This document shows, in pieces, positions 10,076 through 19,732 of a stretch of DNA of 64,000 nucleotides; within the stretch, counting starts at the first letter, position 1, and the number at the start of each line of letters is the position of its first letter. The notes under the pieces are model-generated. The model did not search any database and was not told where the DNA came from. It saw only the letters and a list, made by a program, of their open reading frames with translations. The DNA comes from an uncultured virus (IMG/VR IMGVR_UViG_3300029305_000620) (lineage: Duplodnaviria; Heunggongvirae; Uroviricota; Caudoviricetes), in the IMG/VR virus record IMGVR_UViG_3300029305_000620; one strand, written 5' to 3'. Position numbers and translations under genes: made by a program.

Positions 10076-11134
10076 TTAATTGGCTTCGTCCAGGTCAGAG
10101 TAGCTGGACAGGCTCTCCAGGGTCAGCATACGCTCAGGGTAGAGGATGCCGGCGCCCATCTCGAACTTCGCGCCCACGGTGCTGAACTGGTTCAGGGGTC
10201 CGCCGATCTCGCTGCGGTCCTTGATGATGGTCTCCATGCCCGCGCCTTCGGGGTCGATGACCGCGAAAGCGTCCTTGCCGAAGAACATGGTCAGGTACAC
10301 CGCCACTTCGCCCTCCTTCACGATGGGGGCAAGGTTGCTCTCCACGAAGCGCACGCCGTGCAGCTCACCGATCTCGCCATTAAAGATCTCCGCAGAGGCG
10401 TCGTACTGGTGGGCCTCGATCCAGCCCTTGCTGTTGCGCAGATCCTCGGCAACGGAGGGATGGATAACAGCCAGGTACTTGCCGCCGGAGAAGGTGGGGG
10501 CGTTGTTCTTCTTCAGGATGGTAACAGCCTTGTTGACCATGCGGGGGGTCAGGTAGGCCACGTTAGCAGTCGCCTGGGCCAGCGCGGCGCGGGTCGCGGG
10601 GGTGCTGACGAAGTTGCCCTCGGCGTCCAGCACGTCAGCAAACAGCACGTTCGCGTTGGTCATCAGGATGCTGCGGATCAGCTTCTCGTAGGTCAGGCCC
10701 GCGCTGTAGCCGACTTCCTCGGTCGCATGCAGGATGATGTTGTCGATGGCGTGCATATCCAGCACGTCGGAGATGGAAACGTACAGGCCCCACTGGTCAA
10801 TGGGCACATTGACGCTGGTGGTGGTCAGCTTCTTTCCCTCAGGGATGACGCCTTCCTGCAGCTTGTCAGCCTGGGGCAGGGTGTCGAACTTGCGCCACTC
10901 AACGCTCTTTCCGTGGTTCGCAGGCAGGCTCTGCTTGCTGCCCAGCTGGCCGAAGATCATCTTCTCACGGCTGTTCTCCAGAACTTCCGTGTTGTAGAAG
11001 ATCTTCATCTCCGCGCTCATCGCGTTGGTGTTGGTGGTCGCTCCGGTGTAGGAGTTGACAGTACCGGTGGTCACGTTGGTCACAGTGCCCGCCTCAGCGA
11101 ACATCTGCAGGTTGAAAAGATAGAACTTCTTCAT
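10076..11134 (-). CDS. Major capsid protein, N4-gp56 family
   Basis: LPANHGKSVEWRKF, LQEGVIPEG, GEIGELHGVRFVES, GPLNQFSTVG motifs; N-terminal NLQMFA Prp site. Confidence 0.9.
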   Translation of the reverse strand: MKKFYLFNLQMFAEAGTVTNVTTGTVNSYTGATTNTNAMSAEMKIFYNTEVLENSREKMIFGQLGSKQSLPANHGKSVEWRKFDTLPQADKLQEGVIPEGKKLTTTSVNVPIDQWGLYVSISDVLDMHAIDNIILHATEEVGYSAGLTYEKLIRSILMTNANVLFADVLDAEGNFVSTPATRAALAQATANVAYLTPRMVNKAVTILKKNNAPTFSGGKYLAVIHPSVAEDLRNSKGWIEAHQYDASAEIFNGEIGELHGVRFVESNLAPIVKEGEVAVYLTMFFGKDAFAVIDPEGAGMETIIKDRSEIGGPLNQFSTVGAKFEMGAGILYPERMLTLESLSSYSDLDEAN

Positions 11135-11181
11135 TTTCTGCTCCTTTACGCATTGGTCCATGCCATGCGCGAGGAGGCTTG

Positions 11182-12150
11182 TCAGAGGATGATTCTCCTG
11201 CCCATTCGCGCCTGGCGTTTCACTTCCTCACGGTCCGCCTTGGACCACTTGGAAGGATCGTCACGGATTTCCAGCGGCGAGGAGACATGCTGCGTTCCGT
11301 TTTCGGTCGGGCGCTGGATGCCGCTTTGCACACTCTGGCTCAGCTTCTGCTGGGCCTTCTGTGCCGCGACTTGCATCTGCGCCGCCTCGATCTCGGAACG
11401 GTGGATCAGGTAGTACGCGTCCTTGACGCTCACGCCTACCTCCGGGGAGGTCAGGCGCTGAAACCGCGGATTTTGCAGCTCTGCTCTCAGGTCTGCATTG
11501 GGAAACAGGGGTTTGATGTCGCGCTCAAAGGCTGTCACCATCCCTTGCACATGCTCCTGGAACTTCTGCTGCTGCAGCGTCTGTGCATCTCTCGCGTCCC
11601 TGGCTGCTTTGTCTGCCTCGAGCGCTTTGAGCTGCTTGTAAGCCGCGGTGGGCACGCCTGCCTTGGCGGCGTCCTCCTCGTACAGCGAATCGTCATCCGT
11701 GTACGCGGCGATGATGCCGTCAATGTCGCTGGCTTCCTTGCCGTACTTCTTCCCCAGTCCTTCAAAAACCGGGGCCAGCTTGCCAAGGGTTTCCTCCGCT
11801 TGCTTCGAGTTCCGCAGGCGCTCCTGTACGATGGCGGACGTGTCGGCATTGAAGCGGTCTTTGTACTTCTCCTTCACGGCCTTCCACTCTGCGTCAGGAT
11901 CGCTTGTGGCCTCCTGTGCCGGCGCGCTCGGCTGTTCCTGGGCTGCAGGTGCTTCCGGCTGCTTGCCGTACTGCACGTTTGCCAGAGGATTTGTCCTGCG
12001 CTGCCGTCTGTTCGGATTCGTCGGAACGGCGGCTTCCGATGTTACGCCCGCGCCCGATCCTGCTCCGCCCTCTCCTCCGGCCGCGCCAGCTCCTGCGCCT
12101 CCGTCATCAAAGAGCGTCAGATCGAACTTCCTCATCACTTTTTCCTGCAT
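11182..12150 (-). CDS. Capsid scaffolding protein
   Basis: Position before the capsid; FDLTLFDD leader, coiled coil, RPTENG near the C-terminus. Confidence 0.75.
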   Translation of the reverse strand: MQEKVMRKFDLTLFDDGGAGAGAAGGEGGAGSGAGVTSEAAVPTNPNRRQRRTNPLANVQYGKQPEAPAAQEQPSAPAQEATSDPDAEWKAVKEKYKDRFNADTSAIVQERLRNSKQAEETLGKLAPVFEGLGKKYGKEASDIDGIIAAYTDDDSLYEEDAAKAGVPTAAYKQLKALEADKAARDARDAQTLQQQKFQEHVQGMVTAFERDIKPLFPNADLRAELQNPRFQRLTSPEVGVSVKDAYYLIHRSEIEAAQMQVAAQKAQQKLSQSVQSGIQRPTENGTQHVSSPLEIRDDPSKWSKADREEVKRQARMGRRIIL

Positions 12151-12270
12151 GTGTATCTCCTTTCTCGCTGTATCGTCGCGGCGCCGCGGGGTGCAAGAAT
12201 CCCCGATTACATCGCTATCGTAGCAATAAAAAAAGCGGAATGAGAGTCTTTTTCCCATCCCGCTTGTCGA

Positions 12271-12597
12271 TCAATTTTCCACAGCCATTCTGATGCTCTG
12301 TGGATATTGCTGTCCCAGGGCATACAGCCCATCCACCGCCATCTGGAACCGCGCCGCGATCTCGCACCACAGCTCCAGGCAGTCCGTCACCGTCACCACC
12401 GCATGCCCGTGGCCGGTGTGGTATACGGTGTTCACATCCTCCACGTTTGCACAGCTGGTCGCCAGCGTGCACATGATCGTGGATACCGCGCAGCACACAA
12501 GGTCATGGTCTTCCTCGTTGCGCTGTGCATGAGCATGGCCATCAGCCGATATGGAGAAGGTCAGGTCACGCCCCAGTTCTGCATGTATCACGATCAT
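12271..12597 (-). CDS. prp: Prp-family (ribosomal-processing) cysteine protease
   Basis: GHA...DLVCCAVS catalytic motif; C-terminal QQYPQSI. Confidence 0.8.
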   Translation of the reverse strand: MIVIHAELGRDLTFSISADGHAHAQRNEEDHDLVCCAVSTIMCTLATSCANVEDVNTVYHTGHGHAVVTVTDCLELWCEIAARFQMAVDGLYALGQQYPQSIRMAVEN

Positions 12598-14708
12598 TGC
12601 GGCCTTGTCGCCTCCTCGCTCTGCGCCTCTGCCTTCTTCACGAAGGGGTGCTTCTCTTCTTCCAGATTCCCGCTGGTCGCCTCGCTCTTCGGCATCTCAA
12701 AGTCGCCGCTTTGCATCGGCTGCATGCCGGCAGTTCCTCCACCGCCTGCGGCTGTCATGGCGATCTGCTGGATCATCGCCGCGCTCTGCTCATCGCCCAG
12801 CTGCATGGCCATCTGCGCCGCAATCTGGCCGATCTGCTGAAGCGCCATCGCCATCGTGCCCATCTGCCGCACCTTCTGAAGCAGCTCTTCCTTGCCCTTG
12901 AAGTCCATCATCTCCAGCAGCAGCGCCGTCTGGTCCGCCAGTTGCGGGTTGAATACGCCCAGCTGGAAAAGCTGGATTCCCAGCTCGTTCTGCGCTGCCT
13001 TGGTGTATGCCGTCTCCCGCTGTGCGCGCACGTCGATATCAAACGCCGGCAGACGGTATCCCATGTCCACGCCTCCGTCGAATCCCTGATGCTGGGGAAT
13101 AAGGCCAGCGTTGGTGTAGCCCTCGACGTACATCTCCCCGCCGTCCGGCCCCAGGATGCGGAACTGCCGCGGCATGTCGTAGAATTGCCGGATGCGCTCG
13201 ATCACCATCGTCACGATCTGCGAATACGCCCGGTACGCCGCCTTGTTGGAGTCCTTGCTGGATCGGCCCGCGTCCTCCTTCAGCGCCGCAATGGCACTCG
13301 CCGCCGTCACGCCGCTGGGGGTGCCTCCGTTGTTCACGTCCGCGTTCCCCGTCACAAATTTCAGCTCGTCAACCTTCATCGCCAGCACGTCGATCACGTT
13401 GCCCGGCAGCGCAGGATTCACCACGGGGATCAGGTTCTCCGCGTTCAGGTTACCCTTGTAGTGAATAAAGGGCTTGGTGGTGTCCGCCGCTTCCTCCTCG
13501 TTGATGCCGCCGTCCTGACGCACAAACCATCTCGGCGTTGCGTTTACCGTCGCGTTGCTCACCACCGCCTGACTGATGCGGTCGATGTCCGTCTGGGTGT
13601 CCTTGCCCACATGGATGTATCCGAATCCGCAGGGGGATCCCTCCACCGGGAACAGAGGATCCAGCACGAAGGGATATAGACCATCATCGTACAGGCCGCG
13701 CTGCTGGCACTCCGGGTCATCCATCGTCGCATAAAGAACGTGTTCTCCCACGTATTTCACATAGTGCAGGATCTTCCGGTTCTCGTTGTAGGTGTGGTAG
13801 TACCAGTCCACCACCAGGCTCTTGTCCGTCGTGCTGATGCTGTCATCATAGCGGTATTTGCTCACCGTGGAAGGGGAGGACAGCGTCTTCCCCTCCAACT
13901 GCGGGTACATCTGCACCAGCTGCTCATTATCCACCAGCGCGATGTGGAAGATGTTTTTTGAGTCCTGGATGTCGCTCACGCCAGGCTCCCAGAACAAGTT
14001 GAGGATGCTCACCTTGCGGATGCTGATGTCCCCCAGGCCGTTCAGCTTCTTTTTGTCCCAGTAGATGCCATACGCGCCCGTGCCCTCCAGCATCTTCTGC
14101 CACGCACAGTCGCTGTACACCTGCTCGAATCCGTTGATCTTCATCACCACCGGCACAATGGCGTTGAGCTTGGCGGCTTCCAGCTTGTCATCCTTCATCC
14201 GGGGCAGGATCGCCGGTTCGGGGTAGGAATCCATCGCGTCCGCGTGTTTGCCCACGATGCAGTTCCACAGCCATGCCGTGCTGGATTTGCTGCTGCTGGA
14301 GCCTCGGATGCCCTTCTTCTCGGTGATCTGCTCCCAGTTCTTCAGCTTCCACCACTCCTGCGCCTCGATGATCCTGCGCTCCAGGCTGGACTTTCCCTGG
14401 CGGTAGCGGTGCATGGTGTTCGTCGCCTTTTTCAGCATCTCCACCGTGATCCGGCTGCCCGCAGGGCGATATACGGTTCCGCTTTCCTCCAGTCCCGCAC
14501 GCTCCTGCATGCCGGGGGTCTGTACAGGCGTCATGCCCGCCTGCTGGTTTTGCGCTGTCAGCGCCGCCAGCACTTCAGGGGTGGGCAGCTGCGCCTCACG
14601 GTTCACATCCTCCATCCCGCGCTGGCTCGGCGCCAGGTTCCCCGTCTGCTGGTCCTGCTGCTGGCTCTTGCCCAGCTTTGTCTCCTGCTCTGTTTTCTTG
14701 ATGGCCAT
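12594..14708 (-). CDS. Portal protein (phage A)
   Basis: 704 aa after TerL; YPFVLDPLFPVEGSPCGFG and GVTAASAIAALKE motifs. Confidence 0.85.
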   Translation of the reverse strand: MAIKKTEQETKLGKSQQQDQQTGNLAPSQRGMEDVNREAQLPTPEVLAALTAQNQQAGMTPVQTPGMQERAGLEESGTVYRPAGSRITVEMLKKATNTMHRYRQGKSSLERRIIEAQEWWKLKNWEQITEKKGIRGSSSSKSSTAWLWNCIVGKHADAMDSYPEPAILPRMKDDKLEAAKLNAIVPVVMKINGFEQVYSDCAWQKMLEGTGAYGIYWDKKKLNGLGDISIRKVSILNLFWEPGVSDIQDSKNIFHIALVDNEQLVQMYPQLEGKTLSSPSTVSKYRYDDSISTTDKSLVVDWYYHTYNENRKILHYVKYVGEHVLYATMDDPECQQRGLYDDGLYPFVLDPLFPVEGSPCGFGYIHVGKDTQTDIDRISQAVVSNATVNATPRWFVRQDGGINEEEAADTTKPFIHYKGNLNAENLIPVVNPALPGNVIDVLAMKVDELKFVTGNADVNNGGTPSGVTAASAIAALKEDAGRSSKDSNKAAYRAYSQIVTMVIERIRQFYDMPRQFRILGPDGGEMYVEGYTNAGLIPQHQGFDGGVDMGYRLPAFDIDVRAQRETAYTKAAQNELGIQLFQLGVFNPQLADQTALLLEMMDFKGKEELLQKVRQMGTMAMALQQIGQIAAQMAMQLGDEQSAAMIQQIAMTAAGGGGTAGMQPMQSGDFEMPKSEATSGNLEEEKHPFVKKAEAQSEEATRPQ

Positions 14709-14724
14709 TTGTTATCTCCTCCTG

Positions 14725-16137
14725 TCAGTAGTTCGTGAACATGTCCAGCGGGTCGCTCATAACCGCCGGCGAGTCCTTCGCCTCCATCGGGCTGATCGGC
14801 CGCGACATGCAGAAATAGCGGAATTCGTCCGCGATGTGGTCCTCACCCTCGGTGTCGATGTCCTCCACCTTGTGATCGTCGTATTGCAGCGATGGCAGCG
14901 TGCGGATGAAGTCCCTGCAGCTGTCCAGCACATACATGCGCGGGTATCCGTCCTCGTCAAACTGCATCCGGTAGTGGCATTGCATCCATCCGGGGATTCG
15001 CTTGTGGTCTCCCGGCGTGAAGGAGATGTGATGCTTGTACGCCATCTCCGCCACGCTCACGCCCATCTCCGCGTCCCAGATCGCCGGATCTGCAACGCCG
15101 CTGATGTCCCTGTTCTTCAATAGCGGGTGATTGTTCTCAAATTCCCGGATCTCCGCAAACACCTTGTCAGGGCTCCACTTCAAGCCCTCGTTCGCGATGG
15201 ATTCTCCTGTCCTCGTGTCCCGCTGGCATCCGTAATACTCCGCGATGCGGTATATCACGCCGTCATAGTCCACCGCCCAGTAACCCATGGAGAACGGCCT
15301 GCGGAATCCCCAGTCGAAGGAACGGTACACCTCCCACGTCTTGGGCAGCTTGAATCCCTCCGCCTTGATGACGTGCGTCCAGCGCCGGTCCTCATTCTCC
15401 GGGGCGTTGATGAACTCTTCAAAGAACGCGCCCTCAAAGATGTCCCAGCTGCCGTCTCTCCATGCCTTTCTCAGCTTCGGCGGCAGATTGTCCAGCTGCG
15501 CCAGGTAGTCAGGCTGCGCGCGCATCAAAGCCTTGTTGTCCGTGGCCTTTGCCTGGATAAACTCGTATTCGTCCGGGTTCTCGTTGCCCATGAACCGCCG
15601 GTCGATGAACAGCCGTTTGAAATAGTTGTGGCTCGGTCCTCCGGGGTTCATCGTGTAGAAGATCTGCTTGGGGAAGTTGTTCACGCCGCGCAGACAGGCC
15701 GTGATCTTCATGATCCATTCCTCCTGCAGCTGCGTCGCCTCGTCCACGAAGATCACGTCGTACTCGACGCCCTGGTACTGCATCAGGTCGTTGTCGTTGT
15801 TGCAGTAGCCGAATTTGATCGTGGAGCCGTTGGGGAAGTAGAATCGTTTTTCGGTCTTGTTGTACCTCGCCAGCTTGGCAAGGCTCTCCCGCAACGGGAT
15901 GATGTGGTTGTTCTCCAGTTCTGCATAGGTCCGGCGGACGATCAGGATCTTGATGCCCGGATACTGCAATGACAGCAGCGTCGCCTTCGTGCGGACAGAC
16001 CAGCTCTTGCCTCCACCGCGCGCGCCTCCGTATCCGACGTACTTCTTTGTCGAATACAGGAACCGGTATTGCATGATGGATACTGCAAGGTTCAGGACGA
16101 TCTCGTCAGCCTTGGGCTGTTTCAGCATTCGCGGCAT
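14725..16137 (-). CDS. terL: Terminase large subunit (phage A)
   Basis: Walker A GGARGGGKS, VDEATQ, TMNPGG, nuclease DWG and EDHIADEFRY. Confidence 0.93.
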   Translation of the reverse strand: MPRMLKQPKADEIVLNLAVSIMQYRFLYSTKKYVGYGGARGGGKSWSVRTKATLLSLQYPGIKILIVRRTYAELENNHIIPLRESLAKLARYNKTEKRFYFPNGSTIKFGYCNNDNDLMQYQGVEYDVIFVDEATQLQEEWIMKITACLRGVNNFPKQIFYTMNPGGPSHNYFKRLFIDRRFMGNENPDEYEFIQAKATDNKALMRAQPDYLAQLDNLPPKLRKAWRDGSWDIFEGAFFEEFINAPENEDRRWTHVIKAEGFKLPKTWEVYRSFDWGFRRPFSMGYWAVDYDGVIYRIAEYYGCQRDTRTGESIANEGLKWSPDKVFAEIREFENNHPLLKNRDISGVADPAIWDAEMGVSVAEMAYKHHISFTPGDHKRIPGWMQCHYRMQFDEDGYPRMYVLDSCRDFIRTLPSLQYDDHKVEDIDTEGEDHIADEFRYFCMSRPISPMEAKDSPAVMSDPLDMFTNY

Positions 16138-16663
16138 CTTCGCCCTCCACCGTGATCGTTACCTTCACCTCTGCCGTCTGGTTATCCGCGGCTGCCTTGC
16201 CCTCTTCAAACCGCTGCTTCCGCTGGTCAAGCGCAAGCCGCTGGCGGGCGATCTTCTGTGCTGCCTCCTGTGCCGGCGTCTGGATCCCGTACAGCTTCAT
16301 CAGCGTCTCCGTGTTCGATTGGATGGCGCTGGCTGTTGCGCTCAGCCCCTTAAGGCTTTTCAGGCGCTTCTCCTTTGGCTCCAGGGACAGCTCATCCACC
16401 GTCTTCTCCAGCAGGATTGCCAGCTTCCCCGCCGCGCTGGATATGACCTCCAACTCGCGCGCACGCACGCGCGCGCACCGCGCAACGTACTTTTCTTCCG
16501 TTTTCTGCCGGATTTTATCAAGGGTCTTTTTCCAGCCTTCAGATGAAACTTTTTTGTAAATCTGGTTCGCGCTCTTGGGGTATTTTTCGCTCAGTTCTTT
16601 GACCGTGTATTCCCCCGTCAGATAGTCCGCTTTGATCGCGTCCCATATTTCCTGCTCTGTCAT
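16106..16663 (-). CDS. terS: Terminase small subunit (phage A)
   Basis: N-terminal HTH (WDAIKADYLTG...ELSEKY); overlaps the TerL start. Confidence 0.7.
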   Translation of the reverse strand: MTEQEIWDAIKADYLTGEYTVKELSEKYPKSANQIYKKVSSEGWKKTLDKIRQKTEEKYVARCARVRARELEVISSAAGKLAILLEKTVDELSLEPKEKRLKSLKGLSATASAIQSNTETLMKLYGIQTPAQEAAQKIARQRLALDQRKQRFEEGKAAADNQTAEVKVTITVEGEDAANAETAQG

Positions 16664-16744
16664 GTCCTGTGGCGCCTCCTTCCCGCCGTTTTTCACCTCC
16701 ACCATACAAAATCAAAAGCTGGAATGAGAGTCTTTCAAAACGCA

Positions 16745-16776
16745 AAAAGCCGGAGAGCATCTGCTCCCCGGCTTCT
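16745..16776 (-). terminator. Terminator between early and late regions
   Basis: AAGCCGGGGAGCAGATGCTCTCCGGCTTTTT. Confidence 0.7.
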
Positions 16777-16777
16777 A

Positions 16778-17035
16778 TCACTCCGTGTCATACTTCTCAC
16801 GCATCAGCATGCGGTAGAATTCGCACTTCTTGTATTCTTTTTCGCAATAGGTCGACTGGAAAAAGGCTTTGAGTTTTTCGTTTCGGAATATCACTGCTGT
16901 GGTCGCTCCGTCCATCACGCCCTCGCATCGGATCTCCGTGGAGTCGTGACGCCGGAAGAATGGGCATTGGATGTCCCTTGTCCCCTTGGTGCTTGATAGT
17001 GATAGCTGCTGTTTTTTACCCCCTTGCTTTGCCGT
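16778..17035 (-). CDS. Cys-rich (CPFF...IRCEG...YC...C) putative late-gene regulator; ACG where the start codon is expected
   Basis: Manual translation gives an 85 aa frame. A purine-rich RBS precedes ACG, and there is no upstream ATG/GTG in frame. Confidence 0.55.
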   Translation of the reverse strand, partial: TAKQGGKKQQLSLSSTKGTRDIQCPFFRRHDSTEIRCEGVMDGATTAVIFRNEKLKAFFQSTYCEKEYKKCEFYRMLMREKYDTE

Positions 17036-17067
17036 ATTTCCTCGCCCCTTTCTCCAGTCTTTTGCGA

Positions 17068-17466
17068 TTACTTGTCAGTTTTCATGGCGTTCCTGTTTGC
17101 CTTTGCAATCATGAAGAACGTATCATGGCACAGATCCCTGATGTCATCCATCGTGAGCCTTGCATCCTGCTCATCGTTGATCAGCACCTTCCAGCCGATC
17201 GTCATTGCCGGCGGATCATATCTGTCCGGCTGCTTGTAGCCAAGTTCTCTTTCCCTCGCATTTTCGCACCTGGGGAGCGTCACGATCATGCTGACCTCGT
17301 GGATGTCCTTGCCAGCCCGCTTGCAGAATTCCTTGGCCTGTTCCCATGCATAGGCATAGTGTTCTTCGATGATTTCGATCGCAGCTGCCTCGTTGATCAC
17401 CACGAAGTTTCCGTATCCGTAGATGTTCCTGTTGTTGATGTTACCGTCTTCCACATAGTTTGCCAT
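17068..17466 (-). CDS. Hypothetical phage protein
   Basis: 132 aa ORF with AAGGAG RBS. Confidence 0.6.
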   Translation of the reverse strand: MANYVEDGNINNRNIYGYGNFVVINEAAAIEIIEEHYAYAWEQAKEFCKRAGKDIHEVSMIVTLPRCENARERELGYKQPDRYDPPAMTIGWKVLINDEQDARLTMDDIRDLCHDTFFMIAKANRNAMKTDK

Positions 17467-17479
17467 ATTTATTCTCCTT

Positions 17480-18025
17480 TCACGCGCCAGCCGCCTCACT
17501 CTGCAGCCGCGCTCTTTCTGTCAGGCTCATTTTCTTCCCGCCAGGCTTCCCCCGGTAGCAATCCCATGAGCAGTAGTCGTGCTTGTGCCCATTGATGATC
17601 CTTGTGTACTTCCAGTCCTTGCTGGTCCGTACAAATCGCTTTTTGCACTGCCGGCATTTGCACTCGGTCATCATGTGCTTCAGGTTTGTGATGTCCTGCT
17701 TGGACAGTTTCATCCGGCCAGCCGGTGCTTCCTTCGGCTCCTGCTCCGGCTCAGGTGCCTCCTGCCTGGGTTGTTTTTCAGGTTTCGCCCGTAAACACCC
17801 GCAGCTTTTGACGGTCTCCTGCGTGATGTACTGCCTCGGCAGCACCTTCTCCTTACCGCACGCACACCGGCATAGCCACCACGTCCCGCGAAACTTCAGG
17901 TTGTTCCCCTCCGGCTTATCGGCCTGGGCGATGACTTCCATCTTCGCCCACTTGTGTCCTACCAGGTCATTGCCCAGCAGCCAGCTCCCTCGCTTTTGCG
18001 GTTCACTGGTCTTCCTTGTTTCCAA
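17480..18025 (-). CDS. Zn-binding protein (WLCRCACG...SCGCL, AP2/HNH-associated N-domain)
   Basis: Cys motifs; a similar domain occurs at 53512-53826. Confidence 0.6.
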   Translation of the reverse strand: METRKTSEPQKRGSWLLGNDLVGHKWAKMEVIAQADKPEGNNLKFRGTWWLCRCACGKEKVLPRQYITQETVKSCGCLRAKPEKQPRQEAPEPEQEPKEAPAGRMKLSKQDITNLKHMMTECKCRQCKKRFVRTSKDWKYTRIINGHKHDYCSWDCYRGKPGGKKMSLTERARLQSEAAGA

Positions 18026-18338
18026 ATTCCAGACATCCCTTCTCCTGATACCAGGCCATGATCATCTTCTCCTCATGTTTCCGGTCCTCGCGGCACACCT
18101 CGCGCATCGTCATGTCGTATGTGTGCCCCTCCACCGCCAGGATCGCGCTCATAGCAACCCCCAGATTCGTGACGTACCGCGTCAGCAGGTACTGCTGCAG
18201 GTTTGCTCCGTCACGCCTCTCCGATACCGTGTACATCCTCGCCACCCGCGGCCGCTTGTCCCCTCGTTGCTGATGGAACATCTTCCCCGCGATCAGGTAC
18301 GATGGATGCATGATGTCTGTCTGTTTGATTCGGGTCAT
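18003..18338 (-). CDS. Hypothetical phage protein
   Basis: Coupled ORF in the early operon. Confidence 0.55.
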   Translation of the reverse strand: MTRIKQTDIMHPSYLIAGKMFHQQRGDKRPRVARMYTVSERRDGANLQQYLLTRYVTNLGVAMSAILAVEGHTYDMTMREVCREDRKHEEKMIMAWYQEKGCLEFGNKEDQ

Positions 18339-18808
18339 GCTTCTTCTCCTCCGTTCAGCCACTTCCGCACCCGCCAGCACACCAGGTATGCGTTGTGATG
18401 TGCGTCCCAGCAGATGCAGAAGATCTGTTCCGCGCTCGTCAGCGTCGGATGGTCCTCCGATTCGATCAGGTCATTCGCCCCTTCTGGCGTGTTTGCCCAG
18501 TCGTACTCCACGATGTATTTGTACTGTCCCATGTGCCCTCATTTCTGCGGACAGTATCCCGTCCGCCTCTTTGCTCCATCGCAGTGTGCGCCCATCGCTT
18601 CCTGCTCCACCGCCCTCAGTTCCCGTTCCCATACCACCCGCCGCTGGTAGTCCTTGTACGTCTTGCAGCTGGTGTGGCACGTCGGGCTTCTGTCTGGACA
18701 GTCGCGCTTACATGGTGTTGCCGACATCAGGTGCCTCCTTCTTCCCGTTCAGAAATTCGTCCAGCTCCTTTGAACAGTCCCGGCATAAGTCGATGTCGAT
18801 CACAGAAT

Positions 18809-19183
18809 TCAGTCTTTTTGACTATCATGCCCATCACACTCCACCTCCTTCGCATCCATCTTCGCGCCGCAGTTCGGGCAGTAGTAGCACTCTGTCCGAT
18901 ATCCCCAGTACGCTTTCCCACAAGCGGTGCATCGTGTCTGCGGGAATCGTATGCCGGCGATGATCTCCGTCGCATCCTCCCACCGCCCATGCACTATCGG
19001 TGCAGCGTCAACAGTAGGGAAGTTGTCCAGCTTGTCTCGTAACGATCTGATTGCGGATTCCGCGCCATCCATCGCGAATACCATCAACCCGGCTCCTGGC
19101 TCATTTCTGGTCTTTTCTGTCAACTTCATGAATTCATCCAGGCACATCCGCAAAAGCTCTTTGCTTATCAGACCATCAGCCAT
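18809..19183 (-). CDS. Phage early protein, VHGRW...CPNCGAKMD family
   Basis: Motif; paralogs at 19176-19463 and 50968-51303. Confidence 0.7.
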   Translation of the reverse strand: MADGLISKELLRMCLDEFMKLTEKTRNEPGAGLMVFAMDGAESAIRSLRDKLDNFPTVDAAPIVHGRWEDATEIIAGIRFPQTRCTACGKAYWGYRTECYYCPNCGAKMDAKEVECDGHDSQKD

Positions 19184-19463
19184 CCGCCTCCACCTCCTTC
19201 GCATCCATCTTCGCGCCGCAGCTTGGGCAATACGGCGAATACCACATCGCACGGTATGCCCCTATCTGGATGTATTTGCATACGGAGCACACAGCATCAC
19301 GCCCTTGTGTTTCCCACCGCCCATGCACCACATCCATCACCGGAAACCCCTCCAGCTTTGAAATCGCCATGTTCAGCACGGCGATTGCGGTCGGCTCCAT
19401 GCCATCTCGCATTTCAAGCAGCTTTCTGCGCACCAGTTCAATGCTGACTGGATAATCAGCCAT
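19176..19463 (-). CDS. Phage early protein, VHGRW...CPSCGAKMD family
   Basis: Motif; shares a ~34 bp 3' end with its neighbour. Confidence 0.7.
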   Translation of the reverse strand: MADYPVSIELVRRKLLEMRDGMEPTAIAVLNMAISKLEGFPVMDVVHGRWETQGRDAVCSVCKYIQIGAYRAMWYSPYCPSCGAKMDAKEVEADG

Positions 19464-19728
19464 CAGCCTCCACCTCCTTTTCAAGCAAATCTTTTATCAG
19501 TTCCCTGTACCTTTCAGGGAATTCGTCCGGGTAAAACCATCCCAAATCCATACTCACGCCGGAGTCGTAAAACCCCAGCCGGTCCCACTTCTCCAGCAGG
19601 TAGTGGCATCTCTTGACGGGGATGAATTCGCACACCACGCGGATGATGTCTCTGAAGTTGATGTACCGCTTCTTGTCGCTCCACCAGCGATAACATGTCC
19701 GGAAGAATTTCTTCTCGTCATCCTTCAT
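19456..19728 (-). CDS. Hypothetical phage protein
   Basis: 90 aa; YLLEKW...GFYDSGVSMDLGW. Confidence 0.6.
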   Translation of the reverse strand: MKDDEKKFFRTCYRWWSDKKRYINFRDIIRVVCEFIPVKRCHYLLEKWDRLGFYDSGVSMDLGWFYPDEFPERYRELIKDLLEKEVEADG

Positions 19729-19732
19729 ATTT

